A stretch of DNA of 64,000 bases, from positions 132,158 through 196,157 of the forward strand of contig CABYDZ010000001.1 in assembly GCA_902517885.1 (NCBI GenBank), given 5' to 3'. The notes under the pieces were generated by a model, which made no database searches, had not been told where the DNA came from, and saw nothing but the letters and a program-made list of their open reading frames with translations. Shown piece by piece: positions 48,798-57,937 of this stretch. The DNA is from an uncultured Pelagibacteraceae bacterium (GTDB lineage Bacteria; Pseudomonadota; Alphaproteobacteria; Pelagibacterales; AG-422-B15). The stretch's first letter is position 1; each line of letters begins with the position of its first letter. The position numbers were made by a program, and so were the translations under genes.

Positions 48798-49313
48798 ATG
48801 AATTTTAATAGGCATTTAATAACAGGTCTTGCAATAATATTATTACTTGCATTAAGCAGGCTTATACCTCATCCTCCTAACTTCACACCAATTCTTGGAA
48901 TGGCAGTATTTTCTGGTGCTATAATTAATCATAAATTATTTGCTTATATAATTCCTTTAGCTGCCATGCTTCTAAGTGATCTGTATTTAGGTTTTCACGC
49001 AAGTATGCCTATTATTTATTTTTCTCTAGCTGTTTGTGTTTTGATTGGAACATTCATTGAAGCAAGAGTATCTATTCTAAACTCCTTTTTAAGTATTAGT
49101 TTAGGGGTATTGGCATTCTTCTTAATCACAAACTTTATGGTTTGGTACGGATCAGGGATATATGAGTCTAGTATTTCTGGTCTCATGACTTGTTACTTTA
49201 TGGGACTGCCTTTTGTGCAAAACACATTTATTTCAAGTATTTTGTATGGAATGGGAGCTTTTTTTATTTACGATATCATCAATAAACGTATGATTTTTGG
49301 CAATAATGCTTAA
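48798..49313 (+). CDS. small polytopic membrane protein (DUF6580-like putative transport protein), candidate inner-membrane corrinoid transporter
   Basis: 171 aa and about 5-6 TM helices, with the N-terminal motif RLIPHPPNFTPILGMAVFSGA. It starts 24 nt after the riboswitch-controlled receptor on the same strand. Confidence 0.6.
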   Translation: MNFNRHLITGLAIILLLALSRLIPHPPNFTPILGMAVFSGAIINHKLFAYIIPLAAMLLSDLYLGFHASMPIIYFSLAVCVLIGTFIEARVSILNSFLSISLGVLAFFLITNFMVWYGSGIYESSISGLMTCYFMGLPFVQNTFISSILYGMGAFFIYDIINKRMIFGNNA

Positions 49314-49380
49314 AAAATAGAGTTGAAATCAGTATTTTAAGGCATTATATATTTTTAACATTTAAATATTAGGTGATTCC

Positions 49381-50583
49381 ATGGATACAGCATTTTCAAG
49401 TGAAGATTTAAAATTTCAATCAGACGTAAGAGAATTTATTTCAAACAACTACCCAAAAGAGCTTAAAGACTCAATTGGTGCAAAAAGAAAAACTGGAAAA
49501 GAGTTGTCTCGTGATGACTTAATGTCCTGGCATAAAATTTTAGGTAAACATAATGGCTGGTCAGCACCTGGATGGCCTAAACAGTATGGGGGAGCAGAAT
49601 TTTCTCCAACACAAAAATATATATTTGAGCAAGAATGTGCTCGAGCTGAATGTCAATACATAATGCCTTTTGGTGTTAATATGGTTGGCCCCGTTATCTA
49701 TACATTTGGCAATGACGAACAAAAAGCAAAACATCTTCCAGGTATTTTAAGTGGAGATGTATTTTGGTGCCAGGGATATTCAGAGCCAGGATCAGGTTCA
49801 GATTTAGCATCTCTTAAAACAAGTGCAGTCAAAGAAGGTGACCATTATGTTGTTAACGGTCAAAAAACTTGGACTACTCTTGCACAGCATGCAGATTGGA
49901 TTTTTTGCCTAGTAAGAACAAACCCAGATGCAGAAAAACCTCAGCAGGGAATCTCATTTCTTTTGATTGATATGAAAACTCCAGGTATTACTGTGCGACC
50001 GATCAAGCTTATGGATGGATCTCACGAAGTAAATGAAACGTGGTTCGATAATGTAAAGGTGCCTGTTGAAAATTTGATTGGACAAGAAAACATGGGCTGG
50101 ACTTATGCAAAATTTTTATTAGCTCATGAAAGATCAGGCATCGCAGGTGTCGCGAGGTCTAAAAAAGCTTTAGAAAGAATAAAGCAAATCGCTAGTGCCG
50201 AGATGTCTTATGGTGAACCATTAATACAAGATCCAGCATTTAAATCCAAAATAGCAAATGCTGAACTTGAGTTAAGTTCTTTAGAATATACTGAACTCAG
50301 AACTTTAGCGAAAGACTCAGCAGGTAAAGGTCCTGGCCCAGAGTCATCGCTTCTGAAAATTAAGGGAACTGATATTCAACAAATGGTTACTGAACTCGCG
50401 ATGGAAGCGGTTGGGTATTACGCAAACCCTCATTTGGGCACTACATTGAGTAATGAATATGTAGGACCAGATTATGCAACCAACTTATCAGGGTCATACT
50501 TTAATTTCAGAAAAGCATCTATTTATGGTGGCTCTAATGAAATTCAGAGAAATATTATCGCTAAGATGGTACTTGGATTATAA
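49381..50583 (+). CDS. acyl-CoA dehydrogenase, canonical (alpha-type) subunit
   Basis: 400 aa with GYSEPGSGSDLAS, VNGQKTWTT, LLAHERSGIAG, and C-terminal IYGGSNEIQRNIIAKMVLGL. Confidence 0.87.
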   Translation: MDTAFSSEDLKFQSDVREFISNNYPKELKDSIGAKRKTGKELSRDDLMSWHKILGKHNGWSAPGWPKQYGGAEFSPTQKYIFEQECARAECQYIMPFGVNMVGPVIYTFGNDEQKAKHLPGILSGDVFWCQGYSEPGSGSDLASLKTSAVKEGDHYVVNGQKTWTTLAQHADWIFCLVRTNPDAEKPQQGISFLLIDMKTPGITVRPIKLMDGSHEVNETWFDNVKVPVENLIGQENMGWTYAKFLLAHERSGIAGVARSKKALERIKQIASAEMSYGEPLIQDPAFKSKIANAELELSSLEYTELRTLAKDSAGKGPGPESSLLKIKGTDIQQMVTELAMEAVGYYANPHLGTTLSNEYVGPDYATNLSGSYFNFRKASIYGGSNEIQRNIIAKMVLGL

Positions 50584-50624
50584 AATTTTTGACATTTTAG
50601 CTGTCAATATATAGGACTATCTCC

Positions 50625-51803
50625 ATGAATTTTGATTATACAGAAGAACAAACTCTTCTTGAAAACATGGTCACCTCGTTTGTAAGGGATGACTATGACT
50701 GGGATACAAGATGCTCAATTGTGAAAACCGAAGAGGGATGGAAAGAAGAGAACTGGAAAAAGTTTGCTGAGCTTGGACTTTTAGGAGTTCCTTTCGATGA
50801 GGACCAAGGTGGACTAGGTGGTGAGGCCACTGATATAATGATTGTGATGGAGCAATTTGGAAAAGGCCTTGTTGTAGAGCCTTACATGCCCTCAATAATT
50901 CTAGCTGGAGGTCTCATCTCTAAATTGGGATCAGCAGATCAAAAAAATTCAATTATCCCAGAAATTATTTCAGGTGATAGACGTTATGTTTTTGCATACG
51001 CAGAGCCTCAGAGCAGGTTTGATTTATTTGATGTTAAATGTTCGGCGACACTTGACGGAGATAATTATATTATTAATGGATTTAAGTCAGTAGTCTTTGG
51101 AGCTGGCATGGCAACTCACTTGATTATTTCAGCGAGAACTGATGGAGATCAAAGATCAAAATCAGGAATTACACTATTCTTGGTTGATATAAAATCTGAT
51201 GGTATCACTTTGCAGAATTATCCAACAATAGATGAGTACAGAGCATCTGAAGTTGTTATTGAAAATTTAACTGTGTCGAAAGAAAATATTTTAGGTGAGT
51301 TGGGTAACTCTTATGAAGCAATTGAAGAACAAGTAGATTTATCTACAATTGCAATATGCTCAGAAGCCGTTGGCATTTTACAAGTACTAAAAGACTCTAC
51401 GAATGATTATTGTAAAAATAGAAAACAATTTGGGCAATCAATCAGTGCAAATCAAGCGATACAGCACCGCCTTGTTGACATGATGATTGAATATGAGCAA
51501 GCAAAATCTATTCTTTATATGGCTATTACAGCAGACCTTAGTAATTCAGATGAAAGAAGAAAGGCTGCATCAGCTGCAAAAGCGCGTATTGGAAAAGCTA
51601 TTAAATTTGTTGGTGAAAATGCTATTCAATTACACGGTGGCATGGGTGTTGTAGACGAGTATATGATCAGTCACTTTTTTAAAAGAGCAACAATGATCGG
51701 TATTCTTTTTGGCAATGTTGATTTTCACATGAAAAGATACACTGATTTGACTCAATCTAATATTCAGTCAATAAATGAAGACGACGGAATTAATCTTTCT
51801 TAG
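50625..51803 (+). CDS. acyl-CoA dehydrogenase family protein, degenerate (beta-type) subunit
   Basis: 392 aa with an ACAD fold (QLHGGMGVVDEYMISHFFKR). The signature site is degenerate (AYAEPQSRFDLFD), and the C-terminus reads ILFGNVDFHMKRY instead of GG[ST]xE. Confidence 0.8.
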   Translation: MNFDYTEEQTLLENMVTSFVRDDYDWDTRCSIVKTEEGWKEENWKKFAELGLLGVPFDEDQGGLGGEATDIMIVMEQFGKGLVVEPYMPSIILAGGLISKLGSADQKNSIIPEIISGDRRYVFAYAEPQSRFDLFDVKCSATLDGDNYIINGFKSVVFGAGMATHLIISARTDGDQRSKSGITLFLVDIKSDGITLQNYPTIDEYRASEVVIENLTVSKENILGELGNSYEAIEEQVDLSTIAICSEAVGILQVLKDSTNDYCKNRKQFGQSISANQAIQHRLVDMMIEYEQAKSILYMAITADLSNSDERRKAASAAKARIGKAIKFVGENAIQLHGGMGVVDEYMISHFFKRATMIGILFGNVDFHMKRYTDLTQSNIQSINEDDGINLS

Positions 51804-51815
51804 ATAAATAGTTAC

Positions 51816-52718
51816 CTATTCTGAAAGCTTTTTAAATATATGGGCAGTGTGTTCCGCTCCACTTCTAAGAGCTTTACTGTTTGTCATATCTGAAGCTTCT
51901 GACCATTTTTCAGCAAGCATATCAGCATTTAGATCATCTCCTTTAAGAGCTATTCCTTCAGAATGAACTATTTCAGCCATTGCAAAAACACCTGCTCCAG
52001 CAGAAATCATTACACCATCAGGTGCATCTTCAGATGCCATGAATATTACTGCGGGAGATACAGACTCAGGCTTAAGGCTATCAAATACTGCGTCAGGCAT
52101 TCCAAGATTTTCTGTCATTCTTGTCGCCGCAACTGGTACGAGTGAATTTACTTTGATATTATTCTTTTGTCCTTCAATTCTCAGAGTATTCATTAATCCA
52201 ACAACTCCCATTTTAGCTGATCCATAGTTAGACTGTCCAAAATTACCAAATATTCCAGAGGAAGAAGATGTCATAACTATTCGGCCATATTTCTGTTCAA
52301 CCATAATAGGCCATACTGCTTTAGTACAATAGACAGACCCCATCATATGTACATCAACTACAAATTCAAAATCATCTAAGGTTACTTTTGCAAAAGATTT
52401 ATCTCTTAAGACACCAGCATTATTTACAAGAATATCAATCCTTCCATATGCTGCCATTGCGTCATCTACCAGTTTTTTTACACCAGCTTTATCAGTTACA
52501 CTTGATCCATTTGAAATTGCATCTCCACCCATAGCTTTTATTTCTTCAACAACCTTATCAGCTGCTTCACTTGATCCACCTGATCCATCCACAGAGCCAC
52601 CTAGATCATTAACAATAACTTTAGCACCTCTTTCAGCAAATTGAAGCGCATGGCATCTTCCTAATCCACCCCCAGCACCTGTTACTATTGCCACTTTATC
52701 TTTGAAACTTATTGTCAT
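51816..52718 (-). CDS. SDR-family dehydrogenase resembling the MFE-2 / HSD17B4-type (3R)-hydroxyacyl-CoA dehydrogenase domain
   Basis: 300 aa. KDKVAIVTGAGGGLGRCHALQFAERGAKVIVNDLGGSVDGSGGSSEAADKVVEEI is the characteristic MFE-2 N-terminus. It also has NNAG and YGSAK. Confidence 0.8.
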   Translation of the reverse strand: MTISFKDKVAIVTGAGGGLGRCHALQFAERGAKVIVNDLGGSVDGSGGSSEAADKVVEEIKAMGGDAISNGSSVTDKAGVKKLVDDAMAAYGRIDILVNNAGVLRDKSFAKVTLDDFEFVVDVHMMGSVYCTKAVWPIMVEQKYGRIVMTSSSSGIFGNFGQSNYGSAKMGVVGLMNTLRIEGQKNNIKVNSLVPVAATRMTENLGMPDAVFDSLKPESVSPAVIFMASEDAPDGVMISAGAGVFAMAEIVHSEGIALKGDDLNADMLAEKWSEASDMTNSKALRSGAEHTAHIFKKLSE

Positions 52719-52727
52719 TTTTAACTC

Positions 52728-53387
52728 CTATGTGATCAAATCTTTTAATTGAGAGAAATTATTTATCACCATATCAGCCTCTTTGTAAATATTTTTATTA
52801 TCTGTATATCCATACTCAACTAAAACAACTGGCATATTTGCATTATGACCTGCATTTAAATCCGTAGCACTGTCTCCAATCATAATTGAATCGGACTGAC
52901 TAATTTTGAGGTAGTTACAGATTTCAATTAAAGGGAGGGGATCTGGTTTACTTTTAATATACGTATCTCCTCCAACTAGAAAATCAAAGTACTTTAATAC
53001 ATCTAGCTTCTCTAAAAGCATGACACTTAATTTTTCCATTTTATTAGTACACACCGCTAATTTAATTTCTCTAGCTTTAAGAAACTCTAAAACTTCTCTT
53101 ACATTGTTAAAAAGTATGCTGTCATCATCAATATTATGCGTGTAATGTAGTAAAAATATTTTTAACATCTCATTCAATTTTGCATCATCGTGTTCAATAT
53201 TTTTTGTAACAGCAGTTCGTCGTATTAATTCACGCGCACCATAGCCGACAAGATTTCTTATTTCCTCTAGCGAGACTAATGGATAGTCGAGCTCAGAAAG
53301 CATATAGTTCAGAGAATTTTTAAAGTCTGGAGCTGTATCTACCAACGTGCCATCAAGGTCGAAAATAAACAATTTTTTGTTTTTCAT
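52728..53387 (-). CDS. gph: HAD-family hydrolase, phosphoglycolate phosphatase-like
   Basis: 219 aa with FDLDGTLVDT, TNK, and GDSATD. Confidence 0.7.
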   Translation of the reverse strand: MKNKKLFIFDLDGTLVDTAPDFKNSLNYMLSELDYPLVSLEEIRNLVGYGARELIRRTAVTKNIEHDDAKLNEMLKIFLLHYTHNIDDDSILFNNVREVLEFLKAREIKLAVCTNKMEKLSVMLLEKLDVLKYFDFLVGGDTYIKSKPDPLPLIEICNYLKISQSDSIMIGDSATDLNAGHNANMPVVLVEYGYTDNKNIYKEADMVINNFSQLKDLIT

Positions 53388-53467
53388 AGTTAAATTAAAG
53401 TAAGCCTCTGAAATAAATTTTTACGATACAATTAATAACATATTGTTTATTTTTCATTCAAAATCCA

Positions 53468-54772
53468 ATGAATAATTTAGAAATTGTCATACTTGCGGCT
53501 GGGAAGGGAACTAGAATGAAATCTAGTATCCCAAAAGTATTGCATCCTTTGGGCGGGAAACCCATAATTGAACATGTTCTAGATACCGCACGATCTTTAA
53601 AACCAAAGAAAATTCATTTAGTTCTTAATAAAGAAATAAAAAATGAATTTGATCACTTAAAAAGTAAAATTAATTTAATAATACAAAAAAAACAATTAGG
53701 AACTGGCGATGCAATTAACGTGGCCATAAAAAGTTTCCAAAAAAATTCCAATATTCTTGTTCTTTATGGCGATGTTCCACTCACACATTCATCCACTTTA
53801 AAAAAAATAATTAAGATCAAAAAAAATGAAATCAATATTCTTTGCTTCAACAAAGAAGAGCAAAATAATTATGGGAAAGTTGTATTGGGGACTAACGGAT
53901 TAGTTAACGAAATAATTGAACAAAAAGAGCTTAAAAGAAAAGAGAACTTCTACCTATGTAATTCTGGTATTTTTTCGATACACTCATCACTTCTTCAAAA
54001 ATTAATGCCAAAAATAAATAATAAAAATATGAAGAAAGAATATTATTTAACAGATATATTCAAAGTGGCATCAAATAGTGATATCAAAATTAAGTCAGTT
54101 ATTACATCTGAGAAAGAAGTGCAGGGTATCAATGATAAAAAGGATTTAGCCATGGCAGAAAATGAATTTCAGGAAAATTTAAGATCTACACATCTTAAAG
54201 CTGGGGTAACAATGCATGACCCCTGTACTGTATATTTATCAGAAGACACAAAAATAGGAAAAGATGTAATTATTCACCCTTTTGTTGTGATTGGTAATAA
54301 TGTAAAAATCTTAAATGGGGCTGAGATTTATTCTTTTTCACATTTAGAAGACTGTAAGATCGGAAGGAAAACTAGCATAGGACCTTACGCCCGTATAAGG
54401 CCAGGCACACAGATTAATGAGCATGCAAAAATTGGAAATTTTGTTGAAGTTAAGAATTCTACAATTAACGCAAATTCAAAAATTAACCACCTATCTTATG
54501 TTGGAGATTCAATGATTGGAAAAAATGTTAATGTTGGAGCAGGGACAATAACATGTAATTACGATGGAAAAGCAAAATATAAAACAGTTATTAAAGACAA
54601 TGCCTTTATCGGATCAAATTCATCACTTGTTGCACCATTAGAAGTTGGCAAAAATGCATACATTGGCTCTGGCTCAACGATAACAAAGAAAGTTAAACAA
54701 GATAGTCTGGCTGTTGAAAGATCAGTTCAAATGGAAGTAAAAAATTGGGCCAAGAGGAAAAATAAAAAGTAA
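53468..54772 (+). CDS. glmU: bifunctional UDP-GlcNAc pyrophosphorylase / GlcN-1-P N-acetyltransferase
   Basis: 434 aa with LAAGKGTRMKS and C-terminal left-handed beta-helix hexapeptide repeats (NYDG...IG.NS). Confidence 0.94.
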   Translation: MNNLEIVILAAGKGTRMKSSIPKVLHPLGGKPIIEHVLDTARSLKPKKIHLVLNKEIKNEFDHLKSKINLIIQKKQLGTGDAINVAIKSFQKNSNILVLYGDVPLTHSSTLKKIIKIKKNEINILCFNKEEQNNYGKVVLGTNGLVNEIIEQKELKRKENFYLCNSGIFSIHSSLLQKLMPKINNKNMKKEYYLTDIFKVASNSDIKIKSVITSEKEVQGINDKKDLAMAENEFQENLRSTHLKAGVTMHDPCTVYLSEDTKIGKDVIIHPFVVIGNNVKILNGAEIYSFSHLEDCKIGRKTSIGPYARIRPGTQINEHAKIGNFVEVKNSTINANSKINHLSYVGDSMIGKNVNVGAGTITCNYDGKAKYKTVIKDNAFIGSNSSLVAPLEVGKNAYIGSGSTITKKVKQDSLAVERSVQMEVKNWAKRKNKK

Positions 54773-54776
54773 TTTT

Positions 54777-56600
54777 ATGTGTGGAATAGTAGGTATCACA
54801 GCAAATGAATCTGTTTCTTCAAACATAATTGGTGCCTTGAAGAAACTTGAGTACCGAGGTTACGATTCAGCCGGCATAGCTATTAATACTGAGAGTCAAA
54901 TTCACCAAAAAAAAGCGAAAGGTAAGCTTGATAACTTAATACTGTCCCTTCAAAAAGATGGTTTTGATGGAAAGGTTGGGATTGGCCATACGAGATGGGC
55001 TACTCATGGTGAGCCATCTGAAAGAAATGCTCATCCTCACTCATCGCGAAGAGTTTCACTCGTTCACAACGGAATTATTGAAAATGCATCGGAACTAAAA
55101 GGTAGAACAGAATTAAAAAGCTACAATTTTGACTCAGATACTGACTCTGAAGTTATTACGGCCCTAATTACTCATTATCTCAATGAGGGCCATAATCATA
55201 TGGAGTCAGTAAAGCAAACTATATCATTATTGGAGGGTTCTTACGCACTAGCTATCATCTTTAGTGACCTTAAGGATAAAATAATTGGCGCAAGGAATGG
55301 AAGTCCTTTGGTAGCGGGAACTGATGGCAACTCTAGCTCATTAGGATCTGACTCAATAGCATTAAGTTCAATTGCCAAACAGGTATGTTATCTAGAAGAT
55401 GGTGACATTGTTGTGCTAAGTAGAGAAAATGTTGAGATCTATAACTCATCAGGAGATCGAGCTAATAGAGAATTTGTTGACATTGGTATTATGGATACAG
55501 AAGTCAGCAAGGGATCATACAATCATTTTATGGAAAAAGAGATTCATGAGCATCCCAAGGCTGTTGGTGAAACATTTAGACAATTCATTGATCATGATCA
55601 GGGTATAATTTCAGTTGATGATATAGGACTAAATTTCAACGATATTTCAAAGGTACATTTAATTGCCTGTGGTACAGCATACTACTCTTGCTTGGTTGCA
55701 AAATATTATTTTGAACAATATGCAAGACTGCCCGTAGAGTGTGATATGGCATCTGAGTTTAGATACCGTGACCCTGTTCTTGATAATAGGGCATTATATA
55801 TATTTGTTTCTCAATCAGGTGAAACAGCTGACACAAAAGCGGCATTAGATTATTGCAAAGACGCCAAGGTCAGAACACTCAGTATTGTAAATGTTATGAA
55901 TAGCTCAATTGCACGCGAAAGTGATTATTGTTTATATACTAAAGCGGGAGCAGAAATTGGCGTAGCTTCCACAAAAGCATTTACGGCGCAATTGTCGGTG
56001 CTGTTGTCAATGGCACTACATTGTGGCACCAAGAATAACAATGTTACAATTGAGCAGAATAGAGAGATTTGCAAAGAAATTATGCAAGCTCCACAAATTC
56101 TAGATAAGGCAATAAAAAGATCTTATGAATTAAAAGAAACTGCGAAAGCGATTATAGATTCAAAAGGTGTAATGTATTTAGGAAGAGGCACATCCTTTCC
56201 TCTGGCACTAGAAGGAGCACTCAAATTTAAAGAAATCTCTTATATACATGCGGAAGGTTATCCAGCTGGAGAGATGAAACATGGTCCACTTGCCCTGATT
56301 GAGAAAGATTTGCCAGTAGTTTGTATAGTTCCACCAGGCCCTCTATTTCATAAAACAGTATCCAATATTCAAGAGGTGATTGCTCGAGGAGGGAGAATAT
56401 TAATGATCACGGATGATGAAAGTCTTGAATCCAGTTCAGAAAATATATGGAAGATTTTTAGATTGCCAAAAACACCAAAATCTATTGAAGCCATAGTATA
56501 TTCTGTTCCAATACACATGTTGGCGTACTATACAGCTGTTGAACTAGGCAATGATGTAGATCAACCCCGCAATCTTGCAAAATCAGTTACAGTTGAATAG
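54777..56600 (+). CDS. glmS: glutamine--fructose-6-phosphate aminotransferase (isomerizing)
   Basis: 607 aa with MCGIVG, HTRWATHG, two SIS domains (SQSGETADT), and the C-terminus NLAKSVTVE. Confidence 0.97.
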   Translation: MCGIVGITANESVSSNIIGALKKLEYRGYDSAGIAINTESQIHQKKAKGKLDNLILSLQKDGFDGKVGIGHTRWATHGEPSERNAHPHSSRRVSLVHNGIIENASELKGRTELKSYNFDSDTDSEVITALITHYLNEGHNHMESVKQTISLLEGSYALAIIFSDLKDKIIGARNGSPLVAGTDGNSSSLGSDSIALSSIAKQVCYLEDGDIVVLSRENVEIYNSSGDRANREFVDIGIMDTEVSKGSYNHFMEKEIHEHPKAVGETFRQFIDHDQGIISVDDIGLNFNDISKVHLIACGTAYYSCLVAKYYFEQYARLPVECDMASEFRYRDPVLDNRALYIFVSQSGETADTKAALDYCKDAKVRTLSIVNVMNSSIARESDYCLYTKAGAEIGVASTKAFTAQLSVLLSMALHCGTKNNNVTIEQNREICKEIMQAPQILDKAIKRSYELKETAKAIIDSKGVMYLGRGTSFPLALEGALKFKEISYIHAEGYPAGEMKHGPLALIEKDLPVVCIVPPGPLFHKTVSNIQEVIARGGRILMITDDESLESSSENIWKIFRLPKTPKSIEAIVYSVPIHMLAYYTAVELGNDVDQPRNLAKSVTVE

Positions 56601-56634
56601 TTCACAACAGTAAATTAACGCTAGAGAGGAAAAT

Positions 56635-57009
56635 ATGAATAATTTATCATTATTAAAAAATACTTTAAGAGTTTTTGGAATAGCATTTATATTAATTATA
56701 CCAGTGATGAAGCTAGACCCTTTAGGTGGCTGGGCTTGGAGTCCAGGACAATGGGAATATGAGATGATGATTCAAGGAATTTATATGACTCTTGGGATTA
56801 TGATGATAATTGCAGCAAAAGATCCAGTAAAAAACGCAATGTTTGTATGGTTTGTTGTTTGGAGTAGTGTTGTTCATGGTGGGATTATGGCTTATCAAGC
56901 AGTTATTGATACGCATGAAATGGGACATTTTTTAGGAGATATACCAGTATTATTTATTCTAGCTATATTAGCTAGTTATAGTCTTAGAAAGGAACAGGTA
57001 AATAACTAA
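56635..57009 (+). CDS. hypothetical small membrane protein
   Basis: 124 aa and 4 hydrophobic segments. It contains conserved-looking W/H-rich stretches (GGWAWSPGQWEYEMM, VVHGGIMAYQ, HEMGHFLGD). I cannot assign a function. Confidence 0.55.
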   Translation: MNNLSLLKNTLRVFGIAFILIIPVMKLDPLGGWAWSPGQWEYEMMIQGIYMTLGIMMIIAAKDPVKNAMFVWFVVWSSVVHGGIMAYQAVIDTHEMGHFLGDIPVLFILAILASYSLRKEQVNN

Positions 57010-57157
57010 TAAAGCCTTATTTAATGTTATCAAGCAATCGACAACAGTGGAATAAGCCTACAGATAAATCTTGGATAAAAAAACACCAAATACCCAAGAC
57101 ATTAATAGTCTCTTTTTTATACTATACGATATTTAAAAATAAATTATTATAAGTTTT

Positions 57158-57841
57158 ATGACAGTAACTCTCAAAACAGAAGGCGATGTATCAATCATTC
57201 ACATGGATGATGGAAAAGTAAATGTTTTTTCACCAGAGATGATTCAAAATTTCGAAAAAATTATGGATCAAATACCAACCGATAAGGGTTCAGTTTTAAT
57301 TACAGGGAGACCTGGAATGTTTTCAGCTGGATTTGATTTAAAGGTTATGATGTCGAGTCCTGAAAATGCTGCCGCTATGGTAAAATCTGGTTTCTTAATG
57401 TTGAAAAGAGTTTTCTCATTTCCTCGTCCTGTAGTTGCTGCATGTAGTGGACACGCTATTGCCCTCGGGGCTTTTCTTTTATGCAGCAGTGATTACCGTG
57501 TTGGCTGTGCAGGCGACTTTAAGATTGGGGCAAATGAATTAAGAAACAATATGATTGTACCAACACCTATTTTAGAAATTGCAAAATTTAAATTAACCAA
57601 ATCACACAAGCAAAGGGCGCTACTTAATGCTGAAATGTATTTAATAAAAGATTCGATTGAACCAGGATATATTGATGAAGTTGCAAGTCCTGAAAGTTTT
57701 TATGATATCGCCCTAGCCAAAGCTAAAGATTTAGCAACTTTGGCACACCCTCAATATGATCAAACTAAGAAACTCGATCAGGAAGACGTGTTGCCTAAAA
57801 TTAGCAAAGGTATAGAACAAATCACCTCACCTGTTGGGTAA
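57158..57841 (+). CDS. enoyl-CoA hydratase/isomerase (crotonase) family protein
   Basis: 227 aa with GRPGMFSAGFDLKVM and ACSGHAIALGAFLL. Confidence 0.82.
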   Translation: MTVTLKTEGDVSIIHMDDGKVNVFSPEMIQNFEKIMDQIPTDKGSVLITGRPGMFSAGFDLKVMMSSPENAAAMVKSGFLMLKRVFSFPRPVVAACSGHAIALGAFLLCSSDYRVGCAGDFKIGANELRNNMIVPTPILEIAKFKLTKSHKQRALLNAEMYLIKDSIEPGYIDEVASPESFYDIALAKAKDLATLAHPQYDQTKKLDQEDVLPKISKGIEQITSPVG

Positions 57842-57937
57842 ATCAAATTTATCTAATAAAATCAATATATTTAGCTAAGACTCTAGTAATTTAGATTATT
57901 TGGTACTATAAGGCTGAAAAATATAGAGTTTTTAAAA

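Noticed and set aside
54773-54776. A glmS ribozyme upstream of glmS
   Set aside because: Only 4 nt separate glmU and glmS, so there is no room for a ribozyme.
57010-57157. 148-nt gap before the crotonase gene: small ORFs (MLSSNRQQWN*), and a weak AGAC-ATTAATA-GTCT hairpin followed by CTTTTTT at about 57097-57118
   Set aside because: The ORFs are too short and featureless. The hairpin has only 4 bp. At most it is a weak terminator for the 56635-57009 gene, which is not enough evidence to call a feature.
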